A stretch of DNA of 64,000 bases, from positions 12,716,551-12,780,550 of the forward strand of contig CM074523.1 in assembly GCA_037379345.1 (NCBI GenBank). Reading direction: 5' to 3'. Below, piece after piece: positions 13,280 through 26,850 of the stretch (the stretch's first letter is position 1; each line of letters opens with the position of its first letter). This DNA comes from Perna viridis. Lineage: Eukaryota. The position numbers were made by a program, and so were the translations under genes. The notes beneath the pieces were generated by a model. That model was not told the DNA's origin and did no database searches. It was given only the letters and a program-made list of their open reading frames with translations.

Positions 13280-14150
13280 GAAAAGAATTTTGATCGACCA
13301 CATATGTGTCCAGTGTAGTCCACGCGTTTTCCAACAAACGGTCGGTATTCCGGAACAAATTGTGCCCCTCTATTCCATAACATATTCCTTCACTCTTATC
13401 AATCTGACCGATCTAATCCAAAAAAAGGAACATCGTTTAGCCATATCCTATGATCTCAGTTTCCGCTGAACAGATCAAGTACTATCATTTAACAATCATA
13501 GTTTCGGAGATTTTATACATTGCATCTACCCCTAAAGAATTTGAGAAAGTGGATACTACATACACCTGTTGACCTACACTTATATATTGATGGTAAAGGA
13601 AAACTATGTGCAAAACTATACGAAAAACCCGATAACTTTCCATTTCGTACTGTCGACTTTCCTGTCATCCTCGGAAACACCCCTTCATCATCTGCGTATA
13701 GAGTTTATATATCACAACTCATACGTTATGCCAAAGCTTTCCGTATCTACGCGGAATAGTACCAAGCTAGACATCTTACATTCAGGCTTTTAAACTAAGA
13801 TTATGTTGGTACAAGTCATCACCACAGAAGATTTGTGGTCTTTATCATGAATACGTAGATCGTTACGGTGTATCCATCTGCACTGTGGGAACAGTTTTGT
13901 TCGACGTGCCATAGTTTTCCTATTCTCTTTCGTCTACCTGGGTGAGGACGCTTACCTTACCTGTGAATCTGGTCCATGCTCCCAGTTTTAGTAAGTTTCG
14001 AGTTGCTGATTTACTTTTGCTGCTTTGTACGTATTTTTTTTTGGTCATTTTATGTTATTTTATATGTGCGTCTGTTTTCACTTTCTGGACTTTGTCCCTT
14101 GATTACATTATCTTGATTTCCACTAGAATTTTGGTTCCTTTGATACCACT
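13280..14150 (+). mobile_element. Penelope-like retroelement, 5'-truncated
   Basis: RVFQQTVGIP and LYIDGKGKLCAKLYEKPDNFPFRTVDFP...AYRVYISQLIRYAKA, then the 3' UTR. Confidence 0.9.
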
Positions 14151-14494
14151 TTTATTACAAGCGGTTGACATCCTAGCATATTCTCAAAATTGTGGCGTTT
14201 TCGATGTCATAGCAGAGTAATATTCAGTCAGTGACCGAATATCACTTGTAAATATATGGTTAATTCATTTTGATTGCTCAAAAAGAACGGTTGCAGTAAA
14301 AACACATTTTTGTCTATTTCTCTCTTTTTGATTATAGTTTTGAAAAAGTTCAAAACTTCAAGTACGACGGTTAGATGAATATAATATAACTGCATCAGCG
14401 GTCTACATCTGTAATTATTGTCTCTTCTATATTTTTCGATTTATATATCGATTAAATAATTGTCTGTTTAACGTCCAGTATGAACAAGGAAATA

Positions 14495-14665
14495 TATTTG
14501 GCGTTTGTTTATGCTGTTTTGTTCACACGAAATGACCAATACATGTAGAAACCACATTAAATGCACAACTAGAACTCCACTTAAAACTGGGAGCATGGAC
14601 CAGATGCACCGGTAGGAAAGTGTCCTGTGCTTTTCTATAAACACACCGAGTTTCTTATAAAAAAA
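14495..14665 (-). mobile_element. Penelope-like 3' UTR fragment
   Basis: actccacttaaaactgggagcatggaccagatgcaccggtagg matches the family on the reverse strand. Confidence 0.85.
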
Positions 14666-14994
14666 ATTGAAACATTTCGAACTAAAGATGAAAAAAAAAT
14701 AAGGAAACCCTATCATTTCACATGTAATAATATTTTCATCAAAAGAAAATTCATGTTTTTAACGTTTTTTGTTTTTTTTGGCATGTTCAATTTTGATAAT
14801 ACAACAATTCCTCACACACTTCATCACGATGCTTTAGCTTCCTAAAGACTACATCATGCAAGAAAGCAAAACGGTTAAAATTGCGGAAAATGTATGTACA
14901 AACGAGACTATTGACATAAAATACTACTTACTAAGAACGAAGCAGTTAACATGGCGAGACTTATATGTACACCTAATATAAAACGAACGGCACT

Positions 14995-15075
14995 GACCTA
15001 ACAGATCAACTCAGGAACTATAAAAGGGTGAGCACTTCCCGCTCTCTGTAATACCAACACCGTGCTGCTCATTGC
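14995..15075 (-). mobile_element. 3' UTR fragment of a second, related Penelope-like family
   Basis: aactcagg...aagggtgagcacttcccgctc...caccgtgctgctcat has the same motif order as 28020-28070. Confidence 0.5.
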
Positions 15076-17074
15076 AATTCAACTGCAGTTAAAGTGAAAA
15101 CTTATATATTACAGATGTAGTTTTTTTAAAGTTAGTATAAACATACAAAGAGGCGCCAAAGATTACTTTTTGTTAATTCTCCCGAAAGAGAAATGAATAC
15201 AAACAATCAAAAGAATTAAAATCTACAGCTGAAATCATAAAACGTCAATCTATAAAAATACATCTATATGTCGTAGCTCGGCAACCAAATCATTTACCTC
15301 CATGATAGGAAGCAATTAGCTCAACCTGATTCCAAAGGGAGTTTAATGAAATCTCGGAGTAGACAGTTGTTAGTTGTTAGTAACAATAGTCTTAATCATT
15401 TGTTTAATTAAGAACAATAAAAAATGCTTAATTTACCTTTAATTAAATCAATGTATCAACCATTGATGTCTGGATCTTAATGAATTTACGTTCGTGCTTT
15501 ACATACACATGTGATCGTCGTAAGTAAGAAAAATAAGAAAACATGATTAATTAGGTTGCGGTAGATCAATCATGGAATAAAAGCCTAAAAATGGTTGTAT
15601 TGGATAGAAAATAATGGCATACAAATTTAAAGCTGAAATTCCAAAAAAAAAACTCAAAACATTAAACCAAAACATAACAGTCAAACATGCTATGATGTAT
15701 GTATTAACGTACTAGTCAGCATTAAAATTTACTTTCTCAGATTACATGTGATACATGTATGCATCCACATTTACTTCATACATCCATCTGCCAGATACCT
15801 TACCGGTGCAACTCGTTCAACTCGTTTCCACTAGGTGTTTGATTTCCGTGACTACCCTTCCATTATAATCACCCACATGTAACTAAACCAAGAACGATAA
15901 CTCATGCAAAGTGTTTATTGCATTTATATAATTTTTATCTCAAAAGTGCAATAACCAAACGAAGACTAGTTAAGTGATCAGAAGCTGTTTTTGAGCCAGA
16001 AATAAATTCTGAATTCGGTGGATTTCTGACAAGCATGAATCACCTTACCTTTTGTCAGATTTTTAGAAAGACTGCTACTTAAAATAAATTTAGCTACTTT
16101 ACCATTTCAAAAAGGAAAATAATGATGTAAAAAGAAGGGAAACGCATTTGCACGAAAAAGAGTTGTTTTTGTTGCATCATTTTGTTTTTGTTTTCTTTTT
16201 TTCTGGAGTAAATGCTTTGTCATACACACAAAAACCACTCTTCAGTATTATAATTTGTATATTTTTGTAATTTACGCCTCATAACACTCGGGGCAACTTG
16301 TATTCTTGAAAAAGAAGTCAGACCTGATATCTCAGTATCTAAATGACATCAAAAGTAGTAACAACCAGTATCCTTTTAGAAAAAAAAATATTGCATGACT
16401 GAAAAATCAAAATTCTCTAGATCTGTTTAAAGGGTTTTTGGAAAACACTCTTTTAAATCGAAATTTAAATTTTCCTTTTTAACGTTAAAAGGAAAAAAGT
16501 TAATCAAACACCTGAACCTGATATATCGATTAAGGAGAGCATGGAGATTGAGTTGTTTGTTTTTCTTGCGAAATAAAGTCTGTTAGACTGAAATTGCGAT
16601 CAAACAGATTTGAGAGTGGTGATTACTCTTCAAACGATTAGAAGTCATAAAATAGTAATTTTAAACAACAAATGGTATTTATACGACATTTTAAATGACA
16701 TCGTTCTAGTCTGCATGAAATGAAATCCGAATGAGACCGTTATAAAAAATCGTTGAACTTGTTTTCTAACATTTTTGTAACTACTACATTACCAAACATA
16801 AAACATAAATATATATGTATGATCAGCGGCGGGTATCGTTAAAACGAAATTTTGCATTCGGACGACTGATGGAGACCAAACAATTCGGGGTTTAAAATCA
16901 AACACATAGAACACTAAATGGAAAGTAGTCATCTGACGACGACGACGACTGGTAATTAGAAATCATGTGCGTCTGTAGTGAAAACGTTTATTCTTTGCTA
17001 AAATGCCAACGTTGTAAGTAAGTACATAAGCCAATCATTAAAAAAATACAAAATCACGTACAGCGTACATTTCA

Positions 17075-17222
17075 GGGGGCGATTTCATAAAAAAATCTCA
17101 AATTGAATTTTTCCTCATATCCTCCATCAACTTGATTTTCAACCAGTCTGATTGTTTAAAATTGAAGTTTTGAGGAAAACTCAAGGATTTGTGGAAAATC
17201 TCAATTTGAGAAACCGGGACCT
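17075..17222. mobile_element. Palindromic MITE
   Basis: gatttcataaaaaaatctcaaattga.ttttcc at the left is inverted as ggaaaatctcaatttgagaaacc at the right. Confidence 0.7.
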
Positions 17223-18144
17223 TCAAATTATCGAACTTTGTGTAAAACTAAATTATAACAAGATGTGAAAATTACACAAATGTATTACATTCCAGTAAAA
17301 TGGCAATTTGTTGATAGGTTGAATATCAATAATTGTAAATTAAAAAAAATCCAAGCGCTGTTATAATGTCTTGGGTAGATACTGCGGTATTTTACAGGAA
17401 TTGATAACAAAATATTTGGACATATACAAAATATATTCAACCTATTTCATATAACCAACTTCTGGCTTGTCGATCATAAACCCTGTTTAAAATTCCGACA
17501 GGATAGCGAAGATTATGTAGGATTCACATATTGTGTTTATACTACAAATATAGTATTGAATTTCTTCATCTGAAAGCACCGATCCTTATTTTAGTGTTGT
17601 TTTGAGTCCTTAGAGACACCAATGTGTCATTTACGCGTATCATTTAGTATTTTGGTTTTCTAGACAATAACAATTCGAACATAACCCAAGCGTTAAAAGG
17701 TTAAAATCATTATAGTTTGCTCAACAGGGAATTTTAGATAACTCACATATTGAAAAAGTGTACACGTAAAGTCAATTCATGATGTCAATGTCAACAGAGA
17801 AATATTTCAGCTAAAGTTATTGCATGTATTTTTGAGAAATTATCCATGTAGCCTATGCAGCTATAAATAGCATTTTGATGCTCGTGCAATTCAAATACTA
17901 GTAAACATTCATGGAGTTACGTTTCTTCAATGAACAAACATGCTCCATCATACTAGAAATTTGAAAATGACTATTTTGGTTCAATTCTTGCCTACTTGAG
18001 GTTAAATTTCACGTTTTAAATTCCAAATCAACTGAGGATTGACCTAAATCGAGATTAATAACTGATCAAAAGGCACAATTTTGCCGCTCTGCAAGATAGA
18101 CCTAATTGAGGTGATTGTACCGTGTATATGGTTATTGAGCAATC

Positions 18145-18560
18145 AAGCGGAGCGCAATTCTGACTTAAATCCTGGAATAACAACTCGACATGTAAGCGGA
18201 CATACAAAGCAAATATCATGAAATAACCTAAATACAACGTAGAAAGTAACAAATGGACATAAACAACTCGGTCTCCACTAAAAACTGGGAACATGGACTT
18301 GGTGCATCGGTACCTCTGCTTTTATATAAATTCCGGCGTAGTTAATCATTTAAAGTCAAGAGAGGGATAGATGAAAGAGGAAATATAAACTATGACACGG
18401 TGAACAAATCGGTTATCATAATGCAGATGGATACAACGTTACGATCCACGAATTCTTCATGATGACTATCAACATAATTTTGTTTCAAAAACCTATCTGT
18501 AAGACGTCTGGCGCGGTACAAACATTCGGCGTAGTTACGGCAAGTTCTAGCACATCTAGC
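18145..18560 (-). mobile_element. Penelope-like 3' fragment
   Basis: Thumb-coding remnant (HHE.FVDR) plus the family 3' UTR. Confidence 0.85.
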
Positions 18561-19639
18561 GATAGTTTTTTCCTAAATATATTTACTCAATAAAACACCA
18601 CTCTACGTAAAATTTCTTCTAAATCAACCTGATTCTTAGACAAAATGTATAAAAAGAACATGTTCATCAAAAACTGATCGCCTGCCGTGGCCTTTTGAGC
18701 CGTATCAACTTGCTGTAATGTCAGTAAATGTAATATGTTGTTATGTAACGTGTAATCACTTATAATTTCTTATCATTCATGCCATGACTTTAACAATCTG
18801 GGAAACATGTCAGGATTTTATTCCAATAAAGGCGCACTTATAATGCACTAGAATTGACAGTAATCGTAATTTATCAGTTCAAATAATACTCTTTTGGTAA
18901 ATTACAGGTTTATTGCGTTCATGATTTAAACATGAATTGGAATGCTGTTGTAATATATCTTCGCGGTGTCGGAAAATTATTGGTAATTCTATAAAGTAAT
19001 TATTTTAACCGTTTGCGTGCGTGGTTCGGTTTTGTAAATTGTTTTGTTCTGTAGTTTGTTTTCTGTTTGTTTGTGTGTGTGTGTTGCTTCTTTCTGTTAA
19101 TTATACCGAGCATCGTAAAGAAGGGGAAGCTAATGATATACATCCTCCAGCCAACCGGAATAGGTATCAGATAGGTCCGCAGAAATGGTCAGGGTAGTGA
19201 ATTCAAAGTGAAAGTAGCCTTTAAATTGATTTATTTATACACTTCGTCAACACAAGAAAACAAAATTAAAAATATTTTTACAGTGTCTTTATCTCGCATG
19301 CTTATTTTTATCTGGTACGCTTATATTTTTAATAGACAACCGTTTACCTATCATTTTTCTTAGAACTACTTAGTCTTGGGATATCATCCATTGGTGATCG
19401 TTCTAATTTCGATTCACTTTACCATTATAAGTTCATTTTGTACGTCCAATACACGGAATATTCAAAACAAAAGCAAAAGGTTTTTTAATGATAAAAAATG
19501 ACGAAGAGAGTTAACATGTCGAAATACACACGCAAATGTAATTTCCAGTGATCGTCTTCACTTATCAACAGCATTTAATAAATAATTATACATTCTCCTT
19601 CAAGAGACCGACATAGTATTCTGGCAACCAGTTCGATAA

Positions 19640-19863
19640 AAGACAATGAGGAGACATATCATGTTTAATGCCTTCGTTTTTTTTCCCCTTTTTTGTCTTG
19701 TCTAACCCGGACTTGACTATTCACTGAGCACCTGGTACTTTGTATGTATTGTTTTCTTGTTTTTATGTTCTTTTTTTTGTGTTTCTATTTTCCATGTCTG
19801 GTTTTTGTCCCTGAATTACATTTATTTGATTTCCTCTAGAATCTTGGTTTCCTTGATTACTCT
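19640..19863 (+). mobile_element. Penelope-like 3' UTR with an internal deletion
   Basis: Ends in aatcttggtttccttgattactct; most of the structured core is missing. Confidence 0.8.
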
Positions 19864-20474
19864 TTCTATTAAAATCCTACCTTAACCCTGCTCGACTAGC
19901 CTGTTCCAGACAATATTAAACATTTATCAGATCAGCATGACAATTAATCTTGCACAGTCCATCTGAATATTCCACGTACTTACTGGTATCAATACAGTTT
20001 TTCTATTGGAGCTGATGGTATGGTATTATTTATCTTCAGTAGACAGTAATTACAAGATAAACTGCACATAAAAGTTCCATTTGAGAATGTACAAAAATAT
20101 CATCACGAAACCACGACTGACATGACCTGTTTTATGATACGGGCTAATAAGTCACGATCTATCAGCTCTTCTTTTGTATTGCAGAGATGACGGACGAATT
20201 ATTTGGTATTATTACAATCAAATATAATCCAAAAACATGACACAAAAACCGTTATAGTATGGCCTAACATGGAACTCGATAATGGGATCAAGTTTACCTA
20301 TATTACAATTGATGAAATACTACTAACCTTCCCTGTAATATAGGCATCATTGATTCCATTCAATTCTCAATAGGACAACTGTCAGTATGATCTCTACAAA
20401 TAGGTGGTGAGTGAATGAGTGTGCTTTGTTTATAATTGCGATTGTGTGGTATTTAACTGGATTTTGATAAAAAA

Positions 20475-20567
20475 ATGAATTCAGGTGGCGTCACTAGTGG
20501 TGGCGGGAACAGTTGGCGCGCACCTTCAGAAGAGGTGTTAGCTGTTGGACAAAACAAGAAAAATAAG
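20475..20567 (+). CDS. Candidate alternative first coding exon (31 codons, phase 0)
   Basis: aaaaATG...AAG|gtaagt in a GC-rich island; MNSGGVTSGGGNSWRAPSEEVLAVGQNKKNK. Confidence 0.4.
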
Positions 20568-20664
20568 GTAAGTTCTTTGTTTGTACACAATAATTGGACA
20601 TGCATAATCGTTGTTTCCAAATACTATTTATATTCTGGAATAAATAACAAACAACATGTGGCCA

Positions 20665-20854
20665 CAGGGGCGTAGCTAGGCCTGTTTTATTTGTATGCAA
20701 AATTACGGCGAAGGGTCGTAGGGGGGTCGCTCAAGGTCCCCCGTGAGTCATTGTATAAAACCTTTATTTCACCTTTAAAATGTGTGTTTTTAATATTGTT
20801 ACTTTTTCCGAAAGTACGCAACGGCGTATTTGCGTATAGGCAACTACGCCCCTG
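20665..20854. mobile_element. MITE with 11-bp TIRs and a 5-bp target-site duplication
   Basis: TIRs CAGGGGCGTAG / CTACGCCCCTG, flanked by GGCCA at 20660-20664 and 20855-20859. Confidence 0.9.
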
Positions 20855-21829
20855 GGCCATATGTAAAATAGAGGATGTTCATAGTAATCATTATATTCAT
20901 TGCGAATCAATATTTGCTTTGATGTGAACAAAATGTAATACCAACATATACACTAAAATGATAAAAAAAAGAACACGACTTGCCTTCCCAATGACCAAAA
21001 ATAGACGGGGAAAAACCTAATAATATAGAAAAGGGTCATAAAGTCGACATACCTTGAGTCCGATAGTTAAAAAGGAACATACCTTTGTATTACACTAATT
21101 TATAAAAAAATCTTTTTTTTTTAAACATAAAACGACCTAGATTACATTTTGTTGAATTCATTTTCCTATGATCATATACGAAATATGAAAAAAAAATATA
21201 TTAAGTTGTTTTAAATGAGCATGCATTCACTAAAAAAGACGTGTTTGTTAGATTATGCAATCGATTCCCATCAGACCCATATGGGTTGTCTTAATTAAAT
21301 TCTAAATACCTAAATATAAAACTTTTAGCCCTAAGTGGCCTTAAAGGAACAGACCAAGGAACTTATCAAACCTGTATGTACATAAGGTGTACAGTTACTT
21401 CAGATCACCATTGACATAGTCTACCTTAAGGTATAATATTTTAAGTACATTATACTTAGTATCTTGCAAACGCCTTAAGATTAATTAAATATTCACAGTG
21501 GTAAATACTTTCTGATGGCAGTTTCTTGTGCACTTGTATATAGTCGCAGTGGCACATAATTACTAATATTAGTATGTTGTACACATATATTGAACAGTGG
21601 CACATTGTTTACAACAGTCAGTTTCATGCGCACTTATAAATAAATGCAGTGACTCCTAGTTGTGCACATATTTGTGACACGTTTAGGTAAATATTTAAGG
21701 TGTCTAAGACTGGATTAACCTATATGGAGTTTCTATTTCCAATCTTGAAAATGAGATATTTCTTTCGCATAAGTTGTTCTTCTTTCATTTCACCTTACTT
21801 TCAACGAACAGTGTTTGCCTTCCATACAG

Positions 21830-21967
21830 ATGTACCCGGTTCATGCTCCCAGTTTTTAGTGGCACCCTGGTTGCTTAATTATTTTTGTCTTTGTATGTTT
21901 CGGTTTCCTCTCATAGGAATATGTTCTTTTGATTTCCGCTCGAATCTTGATTACCTTGAATACTCTT
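21830..21967 (+). mobile_element. Penelope-like 3' UTR fragment
   Basis: catgctcccagtttttagtgg...ccttgaatactct. Confidence 0.8.
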
Positions 21968-23326
21968 ACATCATTCCACTCATTTTCAGGCTTTGTTCTG
22001 CTGGTTTCGGTATGTAATTTATTTTTGTTCGTTGTCGTTTTGGTAAAATCGGCTATGCTTTGGTAACAGATTACTCTTCCTCCAAACTTTCAGTTTTACT
22101 ACTTCGACCATATATGAAGGGCTATGTGATTTAACAATACCACATTAAGTATTCATATAGGATATTAGCACAAAATTGGACAGATTTCTGGAATATTCAA
22201 TTTAAGTCAAATACAATTCTACTGTACTGTAATTTATTATCAAAGCTTTGAACGTCATTTCAATGCCCATCATTCTTCCTGTCAAGATTACGTAACTCAC
22301 TTTCTGTAATTAGAAAAAGCAGCGGTTTATTTGGCATTTTGTGTATTGTGTCATTGGGAATTTTGACGCTAATCAGCTAAGTGTGATGAACAGACTGAAG
22401 TGTCTTCTAGTTCTGTCAAATTGTATGAGAGAAAATATTACTCAATCAGAATTACCAAATATAGAAAGTACAACAATGGTTTTATATTGTTTCCTGCAAT
22501 CAAAGTAAATCGCCAACGAACATCAAATTAAATCAAATTAAATCAAATTAACAAAAGCATTAATTTAAGTCTATGTAATGGTTCAGGGTTCAATCACTGA
22601 CTAAGATCTGCTTACTTCGTGAGTCAAATAATTAAATCAAGGGTAACCACAGTTAAACAGATCGAGGGTTTTATTTTATAAGGCATTCGATATATGTACA
22701 GGTACATGTATATGACCTTGAATGACCTACCAGATCTAGTCGATGAAGTATCCGAATACGTTGGTATTGCAAATTGTATGCACGTGTTTAGCAAAACGTA
22801 TTATTTTATGACATTCTGATATCAAACCCAGAGCATCTTTATTTTTTCCTGATTCCTAACATTGTATATAGTCAATTAACACTTCAAAACAGTGGCTTAT
22901 TTCATACTGTAATCAAGATTTTTGTTTATGAAGCTAGTATATGTTCTGGATTACATTATTTTGTTTCCTTTGATTACTTTTACTTATTGTCTTCTTTTTG
23001 GCAAACAATATTTAATGCATTGCACAAAGAAGCATTTATAAGAACCGATTGACCGGCAGTACATTATTTGGTTGATACTAAATCTTAGACGAAAACGTGT
23101 GCCTCAATGCTTAGTGTTATCATGTACGTATGTAAGTCAGAATTGCAAAGATTTGCTCTATTATCGCCCTACTTTAAAATGTAAGCGGGTATGGAATTCG
23201 GAGTATAAATATAATTTGTGACGTACCTTAGCTAACTGTAATTATAAATGATAAATATGCGAAAAAAAGAGAGGCCGACATTTTCTGGCTCATAGCATTC
23301 GTCATGGGCAAATACTACTACATAAG

Positions 23327-23543
23327 AATTTTACACCTGTAGGAGTACAAGATAGAGAAATCTCAGACAATCGGGAGTAAATTGTAATCGTTCTCTATCG
23401 AGGCTCCACCAAATATAATACCCAAGGGTGTCTGGTTTTTCCAAATTAGCGTTTGTTTGATTGTTTTCCAATAAGTTGACCTTCATGTAACCGCTGATTG
23501 TGACGTACCAAGCCATTACTACGTCACGACAAGGTGTAAAATT
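23327..23543. mobile_element. MITE-like element
   Basis: Terminal inverted repeats aattttacacct / aggtgtaaaatt. Confidence 0.55.
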
Positions 23544-24479
23544 TAAGTCACTTCAAATCTGCATGAACAAGCTGTAAAAAAAAAATACCGGTTATTCACG
23601 ATAAAATCATTGGAATATGCAGGGTATGATCGTTCATTAAGTCTTTATTCAATTGTGCCACTTTTTTTACTGGAAAGCGCACATGTTCTGTCTTAAGCAG
23701 TAGTTTAGATAGGGAAATCATGCACAACTAAAAAAAGGAATTTCCTTGTCTCTTTAGTCAGAAAGGTTTTTCCTTGGTCTTTTTTGGCAGTTTGTTTCTT
23801 CTGGTCACTGTGCCATTTGTAGCCAATTTATTTTTAAACCCAGTTTCCTATCTTTTTTTCTAGTTATCCTTGGTATAGTTATGAAGATGTATGCTTTCAA
23901 GTTTTACATTTTACTGCATTTCAAAATGAAAATCAAAGACTGCAAAATCTTGTTCCAAATAACAATAGCTCATTTTCAGAATCTTCATATTCTTAATCCG
24001 AACTTCGGTGGAGCATATTTTATAAAATACGCGGTCGACTGAGCAAAGTGTGGACACAGTTCTAATTTGACGGATCCAAACAATTGAATAATCGCTGTAA
24101 AGGATATACGATCATCTACCATACATCAATGGTGTGCACGTTTTGTTCAAATTGTTTAGTGAAAAATATTAAAAACGGGCAAACGGGGAAATGACATGTG
24201 TCAGACCTAAAATCCTATCCCAACGACATGGAACCCATACTAAATCTGCATACATAATTTCATATGATATGTAGTACCTGCGAAAATATTATAAAAATCT
24301 TCGTCATTTTACTATGTTGAAAATAAGTTGGCAAACGATAGATGTAAGTAGACATGCCGGACGTTGCCTTATGACCGGGGATTTTGGCATGACTGTCATT
24401 CTATGTTGGTTTGTTATCGTTGATTAAGTCTCTCTTTTTTTTTTTTTTTTTTTTTTTTGCTATTTATTGGGGAGGGGGT

Positions 24480-25540
24480 AGAGGATGAGGTTGGTAACGA
24501 ATCTCCTTTTAATTTTCTGCTCCATCCAATAAAAAGGATGGAAAATAAAGTCGTTAATTTAAATAATTCAATATTTTTTCTCAAAACAATTGGTAGGGGT
24601 TTACATATGAAAAGAGAGAAGGTTTACTTCGACAGATACTAAATGTGGCCTTGTCTTTGGATGCAGGTGTTTTAACACATGAAAGGGGGAAGGTTTACCC
24701 CGGATTTGAGGTGCATGTGTTTTTATTACACATAAAAAGGGAAAAGTTTACCCTGAATTCACTATCAAGTATTTTTATAACACGTAAAAGGGGGAAACTT
24801 TACCTGCGGACTTCGGCTGCAAGTGTTTTTACACATTAAAAAAGGAAAGGTTTACTTCCACACATTCTAAATGTGTGAAAATGTCATTTCCTGTTTGTTT
24901 GTCATTTATGATATAGTCGGTTTTTTTTGGGGGGGGGGAGGGGTGGGGTGGGAGAGAGTAATCAAGGGAACCAAGGTTATAGAAGTAATCAAAAGAATGT
25001 AATCCAGGGAGGGGGGAGGAGGAACACCTTTAATTTTCTAAAAATTTTGCTCACCCAGTTAAAAGGTGCAAAATAAATTATTAAATTACTCAAAACAATA
25101 GGTAGGGAGTTTACCAGTCATGCCAGTGTACACATAAAAAGGGGGATGTTTACAAAAAGAAGGGGAAGGTTTATTTCAACACGTTCTACGCTTTAACTTG
25201 TCTGGACAGTTTTGCACCCCCCCCCCCGAAAAATGGCGGATGTCGTTTAAGTAAGCAAACTAATTAACTTACAATACTCGTGTAACACATGTATATATGA
25301 TCCGGACAGTACGTCGACTGAGCATGTGCGAAAGCGTATTACAACAGACAGTCTTCGAATTGGGATATTTTTCCAAAAATTCGCGTTTCCCGTAGAAAAA
25401 AAAATGATTCTTTCAAAGACAAATTTAGGTAGTACAAAAAACTATATTTATCCCTCATATCACAAAAATATTCGACCTTGTATGGTTTCAGAGGAGTTGC
25501 GGCTCAAAGAAATCGGTCTCTTCCTTTAGTAGTATAGTAT
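24480..25540. repeat. Composite repeat with ~55-60 bp tandem subunits, possibly a non-autonomous Helitron/Helentron
   Basis: At least 7 copies of acacat.aaaagggg.aaggtttac. Block 24500-24640 recurs at 25020-25190, and a Penelope-like 3' terminus sits at 24954-25008. Confidence 0.55.
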
Positions 25541-26377
25541 TCGACGGGTTTTCAGGTATTCAAGAAAAGTGTTTCATACTTTTAGTGATTGATATCATCA
25601 ATAAATATACAGTTAATACACATTGGTTGCTGAAAAAGAGCGATTGCAGTATAAATTCTATTTCATTCATTCACAATATGAATAGACATATTTAATACTC
25701 TATCAAAACTTACAAAAACATCTGTGACGGTCAGATTTAGTTCGTCAATATTGTGCTGCGAATAACCTCTGTAGCAAATCGTATTAATAATAAATAACTA
25801 ACAAGCCTTATTCCGATACTAACAAATCAATGTTAAGGTTAGTTATGTTATCTAATGTAAAATTTATTTATCAGGTGCGTTTGTTTAAATTTTCTGAATG
25901 AATTAGCTTCTTTAATTCTTGTACCAAGCTCCACGCAGCGGCAGAGGTTCGCTCCTCTCTTTCTAACCTCTGCAGACATGTCTTTCGAAATTCTCGGATA
26001 TTATTCAGATCAAATGTTGTTTGACAATCGGATAAAATCGCGTAAAGTCATTGACTTTTTCCCAACTGTGCAAGTCTTGCATTTTGAGTGAAGGCTGGCT
26101 GCAGCGTCTAAAGTGAATTTCGAACGTGAGACGCTATTCGGAGCTCGATTTTTTACTTGTTGTTTGTTTTCCTTTAGTATTTGTCTATTTGGTTTTGTTT
26201 TAAAATTGTATTCAGTTTGAACGTATATTATGATCGATATTCTTGTTGATATTGCACTTGACAAAGGAAAATAAACAAACAATGGAAACGTTTGAAACTT
26301 TAAATTCATAACGAAATAGTCTAAAATATTGAAAAAAAAGATTTATTATTTTCAGGACACTTCAATGTCATTCGGAA

Positions 26378-26850
26378 GAGTAATTAAGGTAATCAAGATT
26401 CTGGTGAAAATTAAAAGAACGCAATCCAGGAAAAAAGGCCAGACAGGAGAAACAGACACAAATAACAAATAACATTATAACCAAAATAATATGTACAAAG
26501 AAACAAAAGTAACTGAGCAACTCGGACTCCCCGGAAGACTGGGAAAACTTTAGATGGACCAGGTGCACCTTTGAGGAAAACATCGTCTGCTTTCATAGAA
26601 ATACCCGCCGAGTTTTTCTCAGAAAAAGGTCAAGCTTGGAATATGACACGTTGAACAAAGTGGTAATCATGGTGCAGATTAATACACCGCAACGATCCAC
26701 AGTTTCACGATGACGACCATAAACATCATGTAGTATTGACTTCAATCTTGTTGCCACATATATGTAATGCTTTTCCAGAAGCCAAATTATACGAAAAGTC
26801 TAACGCGGTATAAAAAGTCTCCATAGTTATGCCAAGCTCTAGTATAAAGA
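26378..26850 (-). mobile_element. Penelope-like 3' fragment
   Basis: VATRLKS...YGRHRE remnant plus the complete family 3' UTR. Confidence 0.9.
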
